Sequence record: OK018184
Strand: one strand, 5' to 3'
DNA: 64,000 nucleotides
From: Shigella phage CT01
Under the pieces are notes generated by a model. That model was not told the origin of the DNA. It was given only the letters and a program-made list of their open reading frames with translations, and made no database searches. The position numbers and the translations under genes were made by a program. Below, one piece after another: positions 59,922 through 64,000 of the stretch (position 1 is its first letter; each line of letters begins with the position of its first letter).

Positions 59922-61378
59922 AGACCAGTTACCTCATGAAAATCACCAAATACATCCTCGAATGTATTAGCTTTAGTTTTATCTTCACGTAAACGAATCG
60001 CAATCGGAAGAAATAATTTAACGTAATCAGTGCGGCCATCAGATTTTAACCAACCGTTGCATTCGCACTCTAGAATTTTTCCAATATAATAATTTTGGTT
60101 TTCCATAATGCGAGTACGGTCAAGTTCATGTGATTTTACACCAGCTTTATCTTTTAAACCTGAACCAGCATTTACCTTAATTTTTCCACACTCTGATTCA
60201 AGAATAAATCCACCTGCTTTAGTAGGGTCTTTACGGTGAGGATAAATTCCTACAATTTTTAAATCAACATCAATTACTTCTTTAAATTTATAGAGATTTT
60301 TTGAACGAGCATTTTCCCACAATCCATCGGTATTTTTGAGAATAATACCTTCAAGACCTCGGTCAATATATTTTTTATAAATTACCTTAGCTTCATCTAG
60401 GTTATTTACTACCTGGTTTTCAATTAAAATTACTTTATCATATCCTGATGTCATTTGTTCTAGTTTAGAAAAACGTACATCATATTTTAAACGAAACGCC
60501 GGAAGACCGTATATTTCTACCAACGGGACATAATCCCAGACCTGAAACTTCATACATTTGGCTTCTTTTTCTGAAATAGTTCCCTTTAAAGATTTATTGG
60601 CGATTCCATTAGAAGCAGTACGAGATTCAGCTACTTCAGCAAACTCTTTAACTTTACTATTTTCAGGAGAGTCAAAAAGAAAATCTAGGCCTTCTGGCTC
60701 CTTTTCAACTTGCTCATGGTATACCAATTCGCCATCAATTAACACACCTTCTGGATGAATCTGGCGGGCTTCAGCAGTCATTTTGATTAGATCTTCCTTA
60801 AGAAGATCTAATCCTAGATATTCATTACCAGCTCGCGATAAAAGACGAACATCATCTAATTCATCGCCTCGGACTTCAGCAAAACACCGAGCTCCATCTG
60901 CTTTTAACTGCGCAAAAGCTGGAAACTTGATATTCTTACTAATGCCTTTTTCATCATAAGAACTTGCCAGCATTTGAGGTTGTTCAGGAATTAAACCTGG
61001 CCAAACTTTGTTTGCAATAGATACTGAAGCACCACATTCAAGGTCTCGCATCATAACTCGACGCAAAACTTCAACATCATCCTTTTTACCATCGGTGATA
61101 TATCCAGTTAATTCCTCAATTGCTGCATTGCCAGTTAATTTCCGAGTAGCTAACGTGAATTCAATGAAGTCAAGCATATCGGTAATAGTCAGCATTCCAA
61201 AACTCTGGGTAGCAATACCAGGTTTAGGCCATTTCTTGATATAATACTGTAACCCACGAGAATAAGTCAGACGATATACTCGTTTAAGCAATTCATTATC
61301 TTTATTCTTTTCAAGAATTGCTTGCTTCTGCTTAGTTGAACCAATAGATGCTATTTCATTTAGAATTTCAAGAATCAT
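59918..61378 (-). CDS. 30: ATP-dependent DNA ligase gp30
   Basis: 486 aa; adenylation motif KADGARC; T4 gp30 size. Confidence 0.9.
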   Translation of the reverse strand: MILEILNEIASIGSTKQKQAILEKNKDNELLKRVYRLTYSRGLQYYIKKWPKPGIATQSFGMLTITDMLDFIEFTLATRKLTGNAAIEELTGYITDGKKDDVEVLRRVMMRDLECGASVSIANKVWPGLIPEQPQMLASSYDEKGISKNIKFPAFAQLKADGARCFAEVRGDELDDVRLLSRAGNEYLGLDLLKEDLIKMTAEARQIHPEGVLIDGELVYHEQVEKEPEGLDFLFDSPENSKVKEFAEVAESRTASNGIANKSLKGTISEKEAKCMKFQVWDYVPLVEIYGLPAFRLKYDVRFSKLEQMTSGYDKVILIENQVVNNLDEAKVIYKKYIDRGLEGIILKNTDGLWENARSKNLYKFKEVIDVDLKIVGIYPHRKDPTKAGGFILESECGKIKVNAGSGLKDKAGVKSHELDRTRIMENQNYYIGKILECECNGWLKSDGRTDYVKLFLPIAIRLREDKTKANTFEDVFGDFHEVTGL

Positions 61379-61644
61379 TGCTCATCCTTCAAGGTTTGGT
61401 TTACAGCTCTATTATAAATCAATTCATCATTAAGCTCAGGCAAAGACTTATGATATGTAGTTCTAACTTTATTTCCTTGCATCCAGTGCTTGACGTAAAT
61501 GAAACCTTGCTCTACACATTTTTTAAAAATTCGTTCATCCTTTTGAGCACGGAACTCTGGATTACATCTAAAAAATTGATTTACGTGACCGTAATCACGT
61601 GTAGTATTACCTTCATTTTCATAAATAGTATGAACAACAAACAT
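61375..61644 (-). CDS. hypothetical protein (30.1 position)
   Basis: 89 aa ORF coupled to the ligase start. Confidence 0.45.
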   Translation of the reverse strand: MFVVHTIYENEGNTTRDYGHVNQFFRCNPEFRAQKDERIFKKCVEQGFIYVKHWMQGNKVRTTYHKSLPELNDELIYNRAVNQTLKDEQ

Positions 61645-62576
61645 TAGAATGCTCCTTGAAAAATATTATCACCACTAGTAGGTCTATTATACAAATACTC
61701 TATGCCACCAGGTTTAATATAGTTCCATGTCTGAAACGGATGTGTCTGATATGGATGATATAGATGATTATTAGGTCTATTATACAAATACTCTATGCCA
61801 CCAGGTTTAATATAGTTCCATGTCTGAAACGGATGTGTCTGATATGGATGATATAGATGATTATAAGGATTTAATCCAGGCGTTCTCCAGGTAGTGTTCC
61901 AAGGAAAAGAATCGTTTTTAACCATCTTCTCAATTAAATCTTTTATAGCTTTTTCACTATCAAAACTTTCTTTATTTTCCTTCGGCGAAAAAAGCTTATT
62001 TTCTACATCATTCCATGTATAAACTCGCTGCGCAGTTTTTGGAATATTGTCACGCTCTCCTCGAGCCATCCAATAAACAGGAACATTTAATATTTCACTC
62101 GCATGATCGCAGTGATGAGCGAGATCGTCAATATAACAAATTACGTTATATTTCTCTTTTGCCTTTTTGAACAGCTCTTCTTTTGAAGAATCATGACCAC
62201 ACATCATTACTTCCGAGAAAGCACCAGGAAAAAGAGCATTCAAATTAAATTGACGATTCAACAGAGCGTCAATAGAATCACCCAATGCTGTAACAGCTAC
62301 AAAATTATAATCTTCTTTTAATTTGTTAATTACACACAGGGCATCTTTATACGGAGACAAGTAACGAATAAAATCTGAACGATTGTATTTTTCAATTAAC
62401 TTGACGCCAAGTTCTTCGTCACAATTAAAGAGTTTACCCGGAGAAATAAATTTCTCATCTTGGATCATTTTTAAAATATGTTCTAATGGAAGATTATATT
62501 TCTGAGCAAAATAAGGAAGGCCTGATTGCCAGCTTAAACATACTCCATCAATATCAGTTAAAATAGTTGGCTTCAT
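61644..62576 (-). CDS. HAD-superfamily nucleotidase-like protein with duplicated C-terminal motif
   Basis: 310 aa; HAD motif I DIDGV near the N-terminus, YIDDLAHH later; C-terminus has a 31-aa Tyr/His/Pro-rich unit twice. Confidence 0.5.
   Translation of the reverse strand: MKPTILTDIDGVCLSWQSGLPYFAQKYNLPLEHILKMIQDEKFISPGKLFNCDEELGVKLIEKYNRSDFIRYLSPYKDALCVINKLKEDYNFVAVTALGDSIDALLNRQFNLNALFPGAFSEVMMCGHDSSKEELFKKAKEKYNVICYIDDLAHHCDHASEILNVPVYWMARGERDNIPKTAQRVYTWNDVENKLFSPKENKESFDSEKAIKDLIEKMVKNDSFPWNTTWRTPGLNPYNHLYHPYQTHPFQTWNYIKPGGIEYLYNRPNNHLYHPYQTHPFQTWNYIKPGGIEYLYNRPTSGDNIFQGAF
61681..61866. repeat. 93-bp in-frame tandem duplication inside the HAD-like gene
   Basis: 61681-61773 and 61774-61866 are near-identical direct repeats (ggtctattatacaaatactctatgccaccagg…). 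Confidence 0.8.
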
Positions 62577-63037
62577 AGAGAGTCTCTTAATAGGTTTAAC
62601 ACATCAATAAATTCAGCTTCGGTTAGTATTGTATCATCTTTTGTTAGACCACTAGCCATGCTGTGCTTCAAAACTTTTCCTTTCGAGGCTTGTAATGCAT
62701 CACGAAAGCCCCTGTTTTGGATTGCTGCTTCAAAATATGCATTTGTGTATAATTCTTTCCATGCTGGAGAGTATCTTGAAAATGGAACTCCAAGCCAAAA
62801 GAGGGTCCCACGGTCCTGAGCTCTAGCATAAGACCTTCCAGCTTGTTGGGCGGCAAGCCCGGACATCCCAAATATACGTCTTTGCTGTTCAACATTTTTC
62901 ACCTTACATCCTTGGAGGAATCCTTCGAGACCTCCAAATTGGATACCATCCATAACGAAAGGCCATTGAGCGAAATTGCTTAATGCACATGATGGCCATC
63001 TAAAATTGCTTCTTATCTCTAGCTCAGACATTTTCAA
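62573..63037 (-). CDS. NADAR (YbiA-like) domain protein
   Basis: 154 aa; signature …LSNFAQWPFVMDGIQFGGLEGFLQGCK… resembles the YbiA/NADAR core …FSNFAAWPIKVDGKTWPTSEHYFQAQK…. Confidence 0.5.
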   Translation of the reverse strand: MKMSELEIRSNFRWPSCALSNFAQWPFVMDGIQFGGLEGFLQGCKVKNVEQQRRIFGMSGLAAQQAGRSYARAQDRGTLFWLGVPFSRYSPAWKELYTNAYFEAAIQNRGFRDALQASKGKVLKHSMASGLTKDDTILTEAEFIDVLNLLRDSL

Positions 63038-63230
63038 TACTTATAATTTCAACATCAGCCCAATGACCATAGCAAGGAAGACGAAATTCAACTGGCCAGT
63101 TAGGGTCCTTTTCTAATATAATAGACTTAACTTGTGGTTCTTCATGTTCATCGGTATACGGACCTTTATATGTTACTTTATATGTGACCTTAATGTACTG
63201 AATTCCAAAAATCTTATTAATTATATTCAT
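63024..63230 (-). CDS. small hypothetical protein
   Basis: 68 aa ORF, coupled in the operon. Confidence 0.4.
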   Translation of the reverse strand: MNIINKIFGIQYIKVTYKVTYKGPYTDEHEEPQVKSIILEKDPNWPVEFRLPCYGHWADVEIISIENV

Positions 63231-63424
63231 ACTAATTCCTTTAATCCATAGATAGGAGATAATTCATCGCCCATACGAAGGTCTTCATTTCCATCTACCC
63301 AAGAAACAATATAAGCTTCTTTTATTTGAACGTCTCTCCATTTAAATGCAGGCAAAACCTTAGAAATTAATCCAGGTATACCGACTCCCTTTAATTCAAC
63401 AGTTTGACCCAAAAAGAATTTCAT
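63227..63424 (-). CDS. small hypothetical protein
   Basis: 65 aa ORF, coupled in the operon. Confidence 0.4.
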   Translation of the reverse strand: MKFFLGQTVELKGVGIPGLISKVLPAFKWRDVQIKEAYIVSWVDGNEDLRMGDELSPIYGLKELV

Positions 63425-63762
63425 TAGAACCTCATCTGAAATCCGTGCGATTTAACATTACCACCACCAATGTCAGAAATATTAATTTCACGCGCAATTG
63501 AAGGGTCAATGTCAATTTCACGATTAAGTTTAGTGATAGCTAAAGTATCACGCCCATTTACAGTACGGAACTCTAAAGGGCAGACTACATTAACATAGTT
63601 TTTAATCGATTCACTAGTAGGCTGCAAATGAGCAGGAAGGTCTTTAGGCGCCTTAGAGAAAACCACTTCACAGAAATTTTTGCGGGTATCAAAATAAGTA
63701 GTCATAAACATAACATTTTCCTCAGTAAGGGGCCAAAGCCCCTCATTTATTTTAAATATCAA
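63424..63762 (-). CDS. hypothetical protein
   Basis: 112 aa ORF. Confidence 0.45.
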   Translation of the reverse strand: MIFKINEGLWPLTEENVMFMTTYFDTRKNFCEVVFSKAPKDLPAHLQPTSESIKNYVNVVCPLEFRTVNGRDTLAITKLNREIDIDPSIAREINISDIGGGNVKSHGFQMRF

Positions 63763-63982
63763 ATTCGTTAAGAACTACATCAAAGATTGCTTCAAGATGC
63801 TCAGGTTTAGCTCTGTTACTCAGAATATGACGAATCCAAGTTTTAACCAAAAGCTTGCGATTAACGCCATTCCAGCAAGGATGAGTCCCTAAATCGCGTT
63901 CACGGAAATCATCATCCAGAGCGATTTTAAAGTTGGAACCTTCCATCGTGATTGAAACCGTGATACCGTTTTCAAATCGCAT
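63752..63982 (-). CDS. hypothetical protein
   Basis: 76 aa ORF at the window edge. Confidence 0.4.
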   Translation of the reverse strand: MRFENGITVSITMEGSNFKIALDDDFRERDLGTHPCWNGVNRKLLVKTWIRHILSNRAKPEHLEAIFDVVLNEFDI

Positions 63983-64000
63983 ATAAACGTAGTTAGGAGT

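Noticed and set aside
63728-63743. Hairpin aggggccaaagcccct as a terminator
   Set aside because: It lies inside the predicted N-terminus of ORF 63424-63762, so its role is ambiguous; it could equally mean that ORF starts further downstream.

Overview
This window reads as the late/structural module of a T4-like myovirus (Tevenvirinae), essentially colinear with phage T4 from nudE through the gene 30 (DNA ligase) region. All identifications are from reading the sequence and ORF translations against remembered T4 proteins and motifs; no BLAST, HMM or tRNAscan search was run, and T4 protein lengths are from memory. The conserved core runs: dNMP kinase (1), 57A, 57B, 3, 2, 4, 53, baseplate hub/lysozyme (5), 5.4 PAAR, baseplate wedge 6-12, fibritin (wac), neck 13-15, terminase 16/17, sheath 18, tube 19, portal 20, prohead core 67/68, protease 21, scaffold 22, major capsid 23, vertex 24, rnlB, hoc, inh, uvsW/uvsW.1, uvsY, baseplate 25-29/48/54/51, two alt genes and ligase 30. 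The parts that depart from that backbone are the interesting ones: (1) a minus-strand tRNA cluster (Arg, Asn, Tyr, Ile/Met-CAU, Thr, Ser, Pro, Gly, Leu, Gln) containing a perfect ~576-bp tandem duplication that doubles six tRNAs and leaves a chimeric pseudo-tRNA at the junction; (2) an accessory cassette (1635-4506) with a PspA/IM30-like coiled-coil protein, three unknown ORFs and a capsid-targeting-sequence protein; (3) two tandem, diverged Alt-type ADP-ribosyltransferase paralogs, with a NADAR-like protein and a HAD nucleotidase-like protein (carrying a 93-bp in-frame tandem duplication) upstream of ligase; (4) an untracked 55-aa ORF with tandem late-promoter motifs. Late (TATAAATA), early-like and MotA-type promoter motifs and GC-rich hairpin terminators sit at the expected intergenic positions.
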